A stretch of 64,000 bases of DNA from Dictyostelium discoideum. Lineage: Eukaryota. A program made the position numbers and the translations under genes. Numbering within the stretch: position 1 is the first letter of the stretch; each line of letters begins with the position of its first letter. The stretch spans positions 2,560,001 through 2,624,000 of the forward strand of contig CM000150.2 in assembly GCA_000004695.1 (NCBI GenBank), in the 5' to 3' direction. The notes beneath the pieces were generated by a model, which searched no databases, had not been told where the DNA came from, and was given only the letters and a program-made list of their open reading frames with translations. Below, in pieces: positions 21,654 to 33,195 of the stretch.

Positions 21654-22156
21654 TTAAATGACTTTTAATGGATCAGTATCTAATTTTGAAACTATGACTT
21701 TAATACGACCATTAAATAATTTTTCTAAATTTGGTTTTAAAATTTGTGGAAGGTAATCTCTTTCAGAATTTGAATGATCACAAACAATGACATAACTTCC
21801 TTTAGCACAAGCATCTAAAATTGCATGATGAGTTAATTCACCAGTTAAATAGAGATCAGCTTTTGCATTGAAAACTACAGAACCACCACTACCTGCACAT
21901 AAAGAGATAGTTTTAATCTTTTTAGATTCACCACTTAATGGTCTACCAATTCTAACATATTCAATATTGAATAATTCTTTAACTCCTTTTACAATTACAT
22001 CAATATCAATTCCATCATCATCTAATGTAACTAATTTACCTGAACCATTATTTAATGATAATACTTTTTCTTGATTTATAATATCCCAATTTTTAATTTC
22101 CTGTAAAAAAAAAAAAATATGTTAATAAAAGTTACAAATAATTAAATAATTAAATA

Positions 22157-22237
<81 letters not shown>

Positions 22238-22918
22238 TACATTTGAAAATGATTTAATTAAATTAATTAAAATTAATAATTGTTGTTGATCACAAGATAA
22301 TTCAATTTTATCAGTTGAATAGAATTGAAAATTTGAATTTAATTCTAATTGTTTTAAGATTTCAGCTGTGAGTGGTTGATTGGTATGTAAATAGATTGAA
22401 ATCTTTTGAGTGGATTTCAATGATTCTTGATAAGGTGTAATTGGTTTTGATCTACCTTTACCAGAGTTTAATTTAATTAAAGCATTTGAAATCCAATCGT
22501 TTAAACCACCATCACAAGAATCTAAGGCGGAATGTGGTGAATAAATTGGTATTCTATTCTCAATTGATTTAATTGCAATTCTTTGTGAAATTGATTTTTG
22601 GTTAACAGTTTTAAATTGGTTGAATAATGGTGGATGATATGATATTATGAAACTTGCTTTCTCATTGATAGCCTCTTGTAAAACTGGTTCTGTTAAATCA
22701 TTAGTAAGAAATATTCTTTCGATATCCATTGAATCTGTATTACTTGGTTCAACTAATAATCCGACATTATCCCATTTCTCTGCTAAATTTAATGGTATTA
22801 ATTCTCCTAATTTCTTTAAAACTTCTTTTCCTTTAACTGAGTTTGTTGTACTTGACATTCTTTTAATTATTTTAAATTGTTGTTGTTGTAATTTAAAAGT
22901 TTTTGTTAAATTAAACAT
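21654..22918 (-). CDS. NIF3 (NGG1p-interacting factor 3 / YbgI) family protein; exons 22918-22241 and 22100-21654
   Basis: Exon 1 has the N-terminal NIF3 motif EKWDNVGLLVE and ISYHPPLF. A 140-nt intron (GTAATT..TTTTTTACAG, phase 0) consists almost entirely of (ATT)n. Exon 2 encodes the C-terminal NIF3 half (..ISLCAGSGGSVVFNAKADLYLTGELTHHAILDACAKGSYVIVCDHSNSERDYL..). Confidence 0.85.
22160..22236. repeat. (AAT)n microsatellite (about 25 units) forming the NIF3 intron
   Basis: Seen directly. It translates as the poly-I artefact at the end of the 22142..22918 track ORF. Confidence 0.9.
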
Positions 22919-22933
22919 TGAAATTTAAAATTT

Positions 22934-23020
<87 letters not shown>

Positions 23021-23247
23021 TTAAAAAAAAAAAAAAAAAAAAAACATTGAGCAAATTGAAGTTCTCCGCATCTCAGTAACTAATTTTATATGGGTAAAAA
23101 TTTCCGTTTTTTTTTTTTTTTGACAATCAATTTTATTTATTTTTTAATATGGATTTATTATAGATAAATAGAACACCCAAAAATACACAAAATGATATAA
23201 AATATAAAAAAAAAAATAAATATAAAAATTCTTTTTTTTGAATTTTT

Positions 23248-23560
23248 CTAAGGTTGGCAGGCTAAAAGTGGTGAAAAGTAATTTTATGTGGAATCTTTTT
23301 TTTTTTACTTTTGTTTTCTGTGCAGCTCCCTTGAACATTTGAGTGCACAAAAAATGATATAAAGTGAATGTAAACATTCTTTTTTTTTTCTAAGGTTGGC
23401 CAGATATAAAAATTTCAGCGCATGTGAAAAGTTAATTAATTTTATGTGGCGCTGGTCGGTTGTTTTACAAATCTTTTTTTTTTTTTTATATTTTTATTTT
23501 TTAATTTTTTTTTATTTTTTTTTTCTGTGCATCCACCCCTTAAACTTTTGGGTGTTATTT
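23248..23560 (+). repeat. Diverged tandem duplication of a GC-richer promoter module (copy A about 23248-23350, copy B about 23389-23560); a partial third copy lies at about 23060-23105
   Basis: Both copies begin TCTAAGGTTGGC, contain GTGAAAAGT(T)AATT..TTTTATGTGG and end with TTTTCTGTGCA[GT]C..CTT[GA]AAC[AT]TTTG[AG]GTG, with T-runs between blocks. The core TAATTTTAT[GA]TGG occurs at about 23082, 23278 and 23436. The module lies 16 bp upstream of the SDR ATG (23576), between the divergently transcribed NIF3 and SDR genes. Confidence 0.55.
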
Positions 23561-23575
23561 TGAAAGATTTATAAA

Positions 23576-24480
23576 ATGTTTAAAAATTCTATTAAAAGAT
23601 TATTTGAATTAAAAGGTAAAAATGCAATAGTAACTGGTGGAACAAGAGGTATTGGATATCAGATTGCACTTGATTTAGCCAATAAAGGTGCAAATGTTTT
23701 CGTTTGGAGTAGAAATAAAGAAGTAAATGAAAAAGCAGTTAAATCATTACCAATAATACATAACGATCAAAAACATACAGGTATAGTATGTGATCTTTCA
23801 AAAACCAATAAATTAGATGAAACAATAAATGAAATTAAAAAACAAGTTTCATCATTCAATAATGGTGATAATAAAATTGGAATTTTAGTACATTCAGCTG
23901 GTATTACACATAGTGAATTATTATTTAAAAAATCATCAAATGATAATAATAACTATAATAATAACTATAATTCAATAAATGATAATAGTAATGAAATTAT
24001 GACAACAAATTTATTATCACCAATATTAATAACACAATCATTTTTAAAAGATATGATGAGATTAAAATATGGTCGTATCATATTCATTGGTAGTGTTGTC
24101 TCTGAAATGGGTAATAGAGGTCAAACAATTTATTCAAGTTCTAAAGGTGGTTTAAATGGTTTTTCAAAATCACTCTCCAAAGAGATTGGTCAATTCAATT
24201 GTACTTCAAATGTAATTTCACCTGGTTTCATTGATACTGATATGTCACAACAATATATAAATAATGAATTAATTAATTCAATACCATTAAAAAGAATTGG
24301 TAATACAAAGGTAATTAATAATAATTAATAATTAATAATTAATAAAATAATAATAAAAAAAAAAAACTAAAATTATTAATTATTATATTTATTTAGGATA
24401 TTTCAAAAACAGCATTATTTTTAATCGAATCAGACTATATTACTGGTCAAAATATTCGTGTTGATGGTGGATTATATTAA
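23576..24480 (+). CDS. Short-chain dehydrogenase/reductase (FabG-like, 3-oxoacyl reductase family); exons 23576-24310 and 24397-24480
   Basis: GKNAIVTGGTRGIGYQIAL (TGxxxGIG), HSAG, and S..YSSSKGG (YxxxK) are present. Intron GTAATT..ATTTAG (86 nt, phase 0). Exon 2 encodes the typical SDR C-terminus DISKTALFLIESDYITGQNIRVDGGLY*. Confidence 0.85.
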
Positions 24481-24508
24481 ATAAACAACAAACCCCCTCC
24501 CTATGGTT

Positions 24509-24543
<35 letters not shown>

Positions 24544-24565
24544 CCACCTATTATTTATTATAAAC

Positions 24566-25605
24566 CTATGAATCAATTTCCATTGATTTTAAAGATATTA
24601 ATTTTAATATTGAATCAATTGTAATCATTGATAAAGGTTTTCCTTCATTATCAACTACCCATAATCTATGAACTCTTGTGGCAACTAATTTATAAATTGT
24701 ATTCTCTAATGTATCTTCAAAAGTACTAGTTAATGGAAACAATGACTAATTTTTGAAGTAAATAATTAATAATTAATAATAATTTAAAAAATAAAATTAT
24801 ATAATTTTATATATCTTACAATTTCATTTATAGATGTAACATATTTTTTTTCTTTAATTTTTTGATATTCTAAAAAGTCTTTAACAGGTAACATAAGTTC
24901 ATCGAAATCATGATGAAGAGTTCTAATATTTGATACTGAAAAGTTTGCAATTAATTTATTTCTATCATCAACTATTGGAGCGGCGATGAAATTTTCACCA
25001 AGGAAATCTTTAATGATGATTATGACTCTTTCATCCTTTCTATAACAACGTTTGAATGGGATTGCAACACCCAATTCCCCGATTTTTCTCTTCCCAACCG
25101 CACCCAAGTAATGGATGTTTTGGGCAACCATTGAGAGTATATCAATTGGTGATACTAAATTAATGATTTCATTTCGTTTATCCAATATAAATACTTTTGA
25201 TACTACACTATTGTACGCTTGGATAACGTCATAGCAAGAGGTGTTCTCTCTGCATGCTACTAGTTTCTCGGGTTTTAAATTTGCTCCTAACACAGTCTGA
25301 ATAGTTGATTGGGAGAATAGTTCACCACTATTTCTTAAAATGTTACTAAATTCTTTTGGTGATTGTTTTAATCTTTCTAAAGTTTGTGGATTCTTTAATC
25401 CAAGAAATTCAATTATATATCCAACAATATCTAATAAATCTAAAACTGTATTTACTTTTCCATCTTCACCTAAAACTGGTGCTGAAAAAACTTTTCTTTC
25501 TAACATTAATTTCATTGCATCTATATATTTACTACTAGTTTTAATTATTACCATTTCTTTTGGTTTAACAATATCACCAATTTCTTGATTTTTTAAAAAG
25601 TATTG

Positions 25606-25608
<3 letters not shown>
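24566..25608 (-). CDS. CBS-domain (Bateman) protein with tandem CBS pairs; exons 25608-24820 and 24745-24566 (about 322 aa)
   Basis: The most plausible start is MQYFLKNQEIGDIV (ATG 25608). The track ORF starts further upstream by reading through a 5' A-run as poly-K. CBS-like segments include ..KVFSAPVLGEDGKVNTVLDLLDIVGYI.., ..SKVFILDKRNEIINLVSPIDILS.., ..NFIAAPIVDDRNKLIANFSVSNI... A 74-nt intron (GTAAGA..AAAATTAG, phase 0) joins ..SINEI|SLFPLTSTFEDTLENTIYKLVATRVHRLWVVDNEGKPLSMITIDSILKLI... Confidence 0.8.
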
Positions 25609-25640
<32 letters not shown>

Positions 25641-25970
25641 CCTTAAATATATAATTATTAAAATAAAAGTATGTAATATAATTAAATGAAAGTATGTGTG
25701 TGAAATTCAAAAAATAAAAAAAAAAATAAAAATTAAAAAATGTAAAAATTAATTTTTTTTTTTTTTTGTTTTTTTTTTTTTGTTTTTTTTTGTGGTGTTT
25801 ATCTATTTTATTAATTTTTATAAAAAAAATGAAATTTCATAAAAATCTCAAAATATCTGTAGCTGTTTTAAGAAAATTTAAAAAGATCTCAAAATATCTT
25901 CATTTTCATTTCAAAGAAGTAAAGTTATTTTTAATTATAGTGTTTGTTTTTTTTTTTTTTTTTTTTTTAT

Positions 25971-26242
25971 TTAATTTCTTTTTATATGTTTTGCTTGTTG
26001 TTCAGATATATTTTCAAAAATATATTGAGTTTGATGTGATTGTTGTTGTAATTGATGTAAATGTTTCATTGAAGTTGTTTTAATTAATGGTGGAGTTGTT
26101 GATGTTGATGGTTGTTGTTCATCATATGATATATATTGAAATTGTTGTTTCAAATTACCACTACTTCCATGTTTTGGTAAAATGTGAACCTGTTTTTTAG
26201 TGGTTGTATTTGTAGTGGTAGTCGTTGTAGTTGATGTTGGCC

Positions 26243-26315
<73 letters not shown>

Positions 26316-26453
26316 TAAATTTGTATTATGAATTTCATTTGATTTATTTAATTTAACTAAACCATTTATACTACTATCCAAATTATTTTCGTAATCCAAT
26401 ATTAAATTATTTGAACTCCTTGATACAGGAATTTTTATTTTACTAGAATTTAA

Positions 26454-26492
<39 letters not shown>

Positions 26493-26728
26493 TTCAGAAT
26501 CGGAATCATTTAATGGTGAAGATGTATTACTTTTTTCATAAATTAATAAAAGATCATAAATTGAATTTGCCATTTTTCTTTTGAAACTATTATGTTCAGT
26601 TTTAAAAAACTCCAATTTTTGTTCTAAACTTTTTATATATTCAGTTTGTTCTAATATTGTTTTTCGTTGACTATGAACTATACCTTGTAAATCATTATTA
26701 TCAATGATCGGACTATTTGGATATGATA

Positions 26729-26792
<64 letters not shown>

Positions 26793-27022
26793 ATTATTAA
26801 TATTATTGATATTATTATTATTTGATTTTGAATCCAAATCAAGACTTCTTTTCTTTTTTAAAGGTGGTTCATTTGACCATTCATTCTCATTATTATATTG
26901 TTGTTGTTGTTGTTGTTGTTGTTGCTGTTGTTGGTATTGCTGTACATGTAGATTATTAGATGAGGCGTTTCTTGAATAACTACGAACACCACCACCACTG
27001 TTATTACCATTATTATTATTAA

Positions 27023-27077
<55 letters not shown>

Positions 27078-27127
27078 GTTATTATTAAATGATTGTGGAG
27101 GAGAATCATCATTTGAAAGTTCATCAA

Positions 27128-27164
<37 letters not shown>

Positions 27165-27750
27165 ATTATTATTATTATTATTATTATTGTTATTATTATT
27201 ATTATTATTATTAATATAATCTCTACTTAATTTTTTATTTGGTGTTGAATGAGAAGGTGAAGAAATATTTCCAGATAAAGATAATTCATTATTTCCATTT
27301 TGTAAACTATGTAATTTTGAATTTGTTGGTGGCGTTGAATTTGTTGATGGAGGCGATGATGGTGATGATCTATTGCCATTTGACGGTTGGGATTGAGATG
27401 ATGATGATAATGAACTATTAGTTGAGTTTGATGTTGTTGATGAAGATGATGAAGTGGTTGTGGTTGTAGTTGTTGTTGTTGATGATGAAGGTGAAGATGA
27501 AGATGCAGTGGATGTTGCACCTTGAACATTTGAAATGAATTTATTTAAATCTGAAAATATTTTATTTTGTGATAATTGAGAGATATGACTACTTAATTGA
27601 TCAAATGTTGATGAAAAATTATTATTATTATTATTATTATTATCATTATTTAAAATATCATCAACAATCAATGGTAATTCCTTTCTATTATTAATTGGTT
27701 TTGATGGTTTATTTTGTTGTTGTTGTTGATGATGGTGTTGTTGTTGATAG

Positions 27751-27783
<33 letters not shown>

Positions 27784-27983
27784 AGATATTTTGAAGAAAG
27801 TACAGGTGAAGATTCTGGTGAAATTAATGAGGTAACATTTTGAATACTATTACAAGATGAAGATAGAGAAGAAGAAGATGTAGAATTCTTTAAATTATTT
27901 TTTTTATTATTATTATTATTATTTCCTGGTAAATGAAATAAATTACCATTAATTGAATGATGAGATGAAGCGAATTCTTCCAT
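25971..27983 (-). CDS. Low-complexity (poly-N/Q/S/T-rich) protein with a short coiled-coil segment, 670 aa, unknown function
   Basis: Single long ORF MEEFASSHHSING.. with multiple N20-30 runs, a Q-run, H/Q tracts and S/T tracts. One non-repetitive predicted helical stretch, KTILEQTEYIKSLEQKLEFFKTEHNSFKRKMANSIYDLLLIYEKS. Coding (AAT)n / (CAA)n repeats are typical of Dictyostelium proteins. Confidence 0.55.
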
Positions 27984-29348
27984 TTCTTTTTTTTATTTTT
28001 ATTTTTATTATTAAAAATAATTTTATTTATTTATTATTATTAATTTATTTATTATTTATTTATTTATTTAATTGTTTATTTATTATTTACAATATATTTT
28101 ACAAAGTAATTTTTTTTTTTTTTTTTTTTTTTTATAAGATTTGTTTAGGAAATGTTGAATAAAAAAAATAATAATAATAAATAAAAAAAAAAAAAAAATT
28201 TAACAAAACAAATAACACATTAAGGTTTTTTTTTTTTTTTATTTGGATTCTATTTTTTAATTTTTATTTTATTAATTAAAATAATATTAAAAACAATACA
28301 AAAAAAGTTTGCACCAAATCAAACAAAATGAGTGGGTGGTGGGAATTTATTTAAAAAAAAAAATAATAATAATAATTAAAAATAATTAAAAAAATATATA
28401 AATAAATATAAATAAAAAAAATCAAAACACCCATATGGTAAAAAATTTAAATTTTTTTATGTAAATTTTAAAAAAAAAGGATAACTTGTTGGAAATCAAA
28501 AGAACACAAACCAAGATTATTTTAATTTTATTAATTTAATTTTTTTTTTTTTTTTTTAAATTTTTTTTTATTATTATTTTTAAATTTTGATTAATCACTT
28601 TAATTGGAAATAAAACTGTTAATACAAAAAGAACATATGAAATGTGTTATTGTGAGTGTGGGTCTAATTGAATATACACAAAAAACTTTTTATTTAAAGA
28701 TTTAAATTCCTTTTCAAAATTTTTTTTTTTTTTTTTAATTTTTTTTTTTTTTTTAATATGTAAAATAATAAAAAATGATAGAAAAGGTCATGTTTACACA
28801 CCCTATATCCATATTTGGATTTTTTATAAAACAAAGATGATTATTATTATTATTATTTTTTTTGATTTGTTTTTTAAAAAACATTAATAAAAAAAAAAAA
28901 AAAAAATTTTTTTTAATATTTTTTTTTTTTTTTTTTTTTGGTGTGTTGTTGGTATATATCTTATGATCAAGCAATTATTTGAAAAAAGTTCAAAAGAAAT
29001 AAATTACCATTTTATCATTATTTGATTAAACAAATGAACAGATTTATTAGTTTATCATTATCTTTATTACATAAGTGAGAGAATAAACTTTTTTTTATTT
29101 ATTTTTTTTTTTATTTAATCATTTTCATTATTATTTTTTTTTTTTTTTTCAAAACTTTGAAAATGTAATAAATCTACTTTATTAAATTGGTTAAATAATT
29201 TCAAGAAATTTCAAAAAAAAAAAAAAAATATGGTTAAATAAAAAAAATTAAAGTTTTGAAAATATTGACTAAAAAAAAATAAAATAAAAAAAAAAAAAAA
29301 AACTTTTTTTTATTGAAATGTTTTTTTTTTTTTTTTTTAAATAAAAAG

Positions 29349-29356
29349 ACCCATAA
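29349..29356 (+). promoter_or_regulatory. DUSE (Dictyostelium upstream sequence element) ncRNA-promoter motif ACCCATAA
   Basis: Exact match to the consensus [AT]CCCA[CT]AA, inside a 3.2-kb AT-rich intergenic region. A GC-richer island begins about 60 nt downstream, the spacing reported for Dictyostelium ncRNA genes. Confidence 0.45.
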
Positions 29357-29415
29357 CTGATCAGTATAATTCTCTTAAAATTTAAAAAAATATTAATCAT
29401 AATTATTCTTTACGA

Positions 29416-29565
29416 AACTGACCATTAAGAGTACTCCTTCGAAACAATTTTGAGTGGTTGTTAGTAAGGCTTTTTCTGGCAAAAAGAGAAATTAGAGAGA
29501 GATCTTTAAACAACTGGGTTTAGAAATTCTATGATCATTTCGGTTGTGCCAAGATCTCACATTTT
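29416..29565 (+). ncRNA. Candidate small ncRNA (about 150 nt) downstream of the DUSE; possibly H/ACA-like (ends ..CTCACATTTT)
   Basis: A GC-normal island in AT-rich DNA. Internal hairpin CTTTTTCTGGCAAAAAGAG. Terminal inverted repeat GAGATCT(29495-29501)/AGATCTC(29552-29558). It ends ACA followed by 3 nt and then a T-run, consistent with an H/ACA 3' end plus Pol III terminator. Exact ends are not determinable from sequence alone. Confidence 0.3.
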
Positions 29566-31242
29566 ATTAATAAACTTTAAAATATTATTAAATTATAAAT
29601 TTAATAAAAAAAAAAAAATAAAAAAAAAAAAAAATAAAAAAAAAAAAAGCTTATTATAAACAAATAAAATTTTAACCTTTTTAGAAAAAAAAGTAATAAT
29701 AGTTAATAACTTTTTTAAATCTATTAAAATTAATTTAATTTTTTTCAAATATTAATTCTTTGAAGAGTTTATTTATATTTTAAAAGTGAAAAAAAAAATA
29801 AAATAAAAGTTACTTTTATACATAAAATATTAATAAATTACATAAATTATATTCCCTATATTCAAATTTTTCTATTCATTGATTATAATTGTTTAAAAAT
29901 TTTTTTTTTTTTTTTTTTTTTTTACTATTTACAATTTTTATTAAAAATTTATTTTCTTTAATTGATATTAGATTTAGTAAACATTAATTATTATTCTTAT
30001 TTTGTTTTGTTTTTTTAATGTTTTTTTTTTTTTTTTTTAATCATTTTTTGTGATTAAATCGGAAAAAAATAATAATATTAATAACCACACTACATAAAAT
30101 TATATGTAAATAGATAATAGATTCAATTCAATTAAAAGAAAATAATTTTTTTTTTTTAAAAAAAAAAAAAAGAAACAAATAAAAATAATAATAACAACTA
30201 ATAATAATAATTTGTTCCCAAAAAAGAACCATATTTTTTTTTTTTATTGTTTTTTTACATTTAAATTTTTTTAAAAATTAATATGCCTCTTCATTTAAAT
30301 AATAGAAATAGAAAATAATTTTATATTACATTTTTTCCAATTAAAAGAAGGATTTGAAAAAGTAAAAAAAAAGAAAAAATAATAGTATATTCATTGTCAA
30401 TTTTTTAATCATGATATATATATTTTTTTTTTTAATTAAAAAAAAGATTACTATTTTTGTGTGTTGTTTATTATTTTTAAAAAAAAAAAAAATTATGAGT
30501 GGTGTTTATTACTATTTTAATGATTATTTAATATTCACATATATTAAACTATTAATACTCTATTTTTATATTTTTTTTCTATTTTGGATTAAAATAATCA
30601 TTTTTAGTAAGAAATTAAAAAACAATCTAAAATTTCTTTAAAAAAAAAAAAAAGAGATTGTTTTGGTATTAATTAATTTTTTTTAAATTAAAAACTGTTT
30701 TTTTTTTTTTTTATTTTATTTCTATTTTATTTATATTATTATTTTATTTTACCTCTATTTTTTTTTTTTTTTATTTTAACTTACTATTTTGAAAATTGTG
30801 TTGAAATTTATTTTTTATTTTAAAAATATCTCCGGTGTTCATTGGTATACTTTAATTTATTGATCATTCCAGTGCAAATGTAATTCCATTGGTCCAAAAA
30901 AAAAAAATTAAAAAATAAAAATAAAAAAAATTAAAATTGTTTATATTTTGACATTTAAAAGAATGGATCTAAATTTAGGTTAGGCATAGTAATTGTTATA
31001 AAATTATAATAAAAAAAAATGTGTATGGCGGATTTTTTTTTTTGTTTTTTTTAATTTAATTTTTTTTAATTTAATTTTTTTATTTTATTTTATTTTATTT
31101 TATTTTTTTTTTTTTTTTTTTTTTTTATAGTCGAATTATTATATCAACAAAAATACAAATAAAATAATAAAATAAAATAATAAAATAAAGTAATATTACG
31201 ATTTTATATATATATATATATATATTCAATTAAAAAGTAGAA

Positions 31243-33154
31243 ATGTGGATTATACCTCGACCCAATTATTCAGCATCTCCACTTTGGACGATTATCTTTG
31301 AAAACCAATTTTTTCAACTTTTAAAAACCAAACCTAATGACTCCCTCTTAGGTAAACTTGCAAATCTTGCAGTAGTTGCAAGTGATCAACACCCATTAAC
31401 TTTTAGAATTATTTATAAATCAAAACCACAACAAATTATTGCAGTTTCAAATAGTTTTGATATTATTAAAGTATTATTAAAAAAAAAAAAATAAAAAAAA
31501 AATAAAAAAAAAGAAAATTTACCCTAACTTCTCACTATCCACACACACACACACACATTATATTATATTTCTTTCATTCTATATATCCCCACCAACAACA
31601 ATAGGATCATTGGAATTTTTTAATTCAAGAAATTATTCCAAAAATTTTACAATGTGATGACGTTAGAGATCAATTTGTTATAACCAAAATATCAGGTATG
31701 GCAAGTTGCGGTGTTGAAGAAGAAGAAGATCAAAATGATCAATATTCATTAAAAGAATTTAAAACTCAATTTGATATAGATGAAAAATTAGTTACATGTA
31801 TGTATATATATTTATATTTATATTAATATTTATATATATTAATTGTTTGTTTGTTTTTTATTATTTTTATATATATACATAGGTTTTATTTGTACATTAC
31901 CAACTAGTATAAATGTTTTAAAACCAACACCTGGTAAAATGTTTATTACAGAGGATAAAATTTGTTTTTATACATCTAATCCACCAACTAGAATTATGAT
32001 ACCATTTTCAAATGTAAATTCAATAACTAAAGAGAATACATTAGGATTTATACCAAGTGCAATAAAAATTAAAGCATGTATTGGACCTGATGAAAAGACA
32101 GTATCAGAATTTTCATTTCATTTCATTGTTCGTGATCAAGCATTCGATATGTTAGAACAACTTTGGCAATATGCAATGGATCAATTATATGAAGCAACAA
32201 ATAATGATAATAATAATAATATATCATCACCAACAATTGGTAGATCATCATCTTATTCTTCATTACTACCATCTTCATCTTCTTTTAATGATTTACAATC
32301 TATTGATTCAACAAATAGTAATAATAATAATAATAATAATATTAATTCACCAATTTTAAAACCAAAAACAAAACAATTTTTAAATATTGAGAAAAAGAAT
32401 AAAGATTTTCAAAGGGTATTTAAATTACCAATGGATGAAGAGTTGATACAAGTTCATGCATGTTGGATTGTGAGAAATAAGAATTCATTATTAGGTGAAC
32501 TTTATATATCACCAAACTTTTTCTGTATAAAATATAAAGAGAGATTCACTGCAAAGAAATTTACAACAGTTATACATGTATCACAAGTTGAATCTGTAAA
32601 TAAGTCAAAACCATTCCTTGGAATTTCAGTATTAACAGATTCGTTTGTAATTACTGTTATATCAGGTAGATCAATAACATTAAGATTATTTCATTGTGAT
32701 GAAGCTTTAGATACAATGAGAAAGTATTGTTCAAATTTACAACATTTAAAACAGCAACAGCAACAAGATGAAGAATATCATCCAAATTTAATGCAACAGC
32801 AACAACAACAACAACAACCATCATCACCAAATTTTAGAGAGAAATTAAGATTAGAAACTATTGGTACAAATTTATATGCTCAAGAACCAACGATTATATT
32901 AGAGGATGAGAAAATTGAAAAAAGGAAATTTGAAATGTGGGATAATTATTTTAAAAAGAATGGTATGGATACAACAATGTCAATAACTAGAAGATTAACT
33001 TATTTAACTCATCTTGGTATACCTGAATTCTTTAGAGGTCATATTTGGTCATTCACAAGTGGTGCTTGTTTCATGTGGGAAAAAGAAAGAGGTTATTATG
33101 ATAATTTAGTTAAAATTAATGAAGATGAAATTGATAATTCTATAAATTTAAGTG

Positions 33155-33195
<41 letters not shown>

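Noticed and set aside
21868-22074. 68-aa plus-strand ORF
   Set aside because: Lies antisense to NIF3 exon 2, which has a strong family match.
28433-28440. DUSE-like 8-mers ACCCATAT (28433) and ACCCAAAA (23174, 63321)
   Set aside because: One mismatch to [AT]CCCA[CT]AA at a constrained position and no convincing downstream GC island; kept only as a note under the large-intergenic finding.
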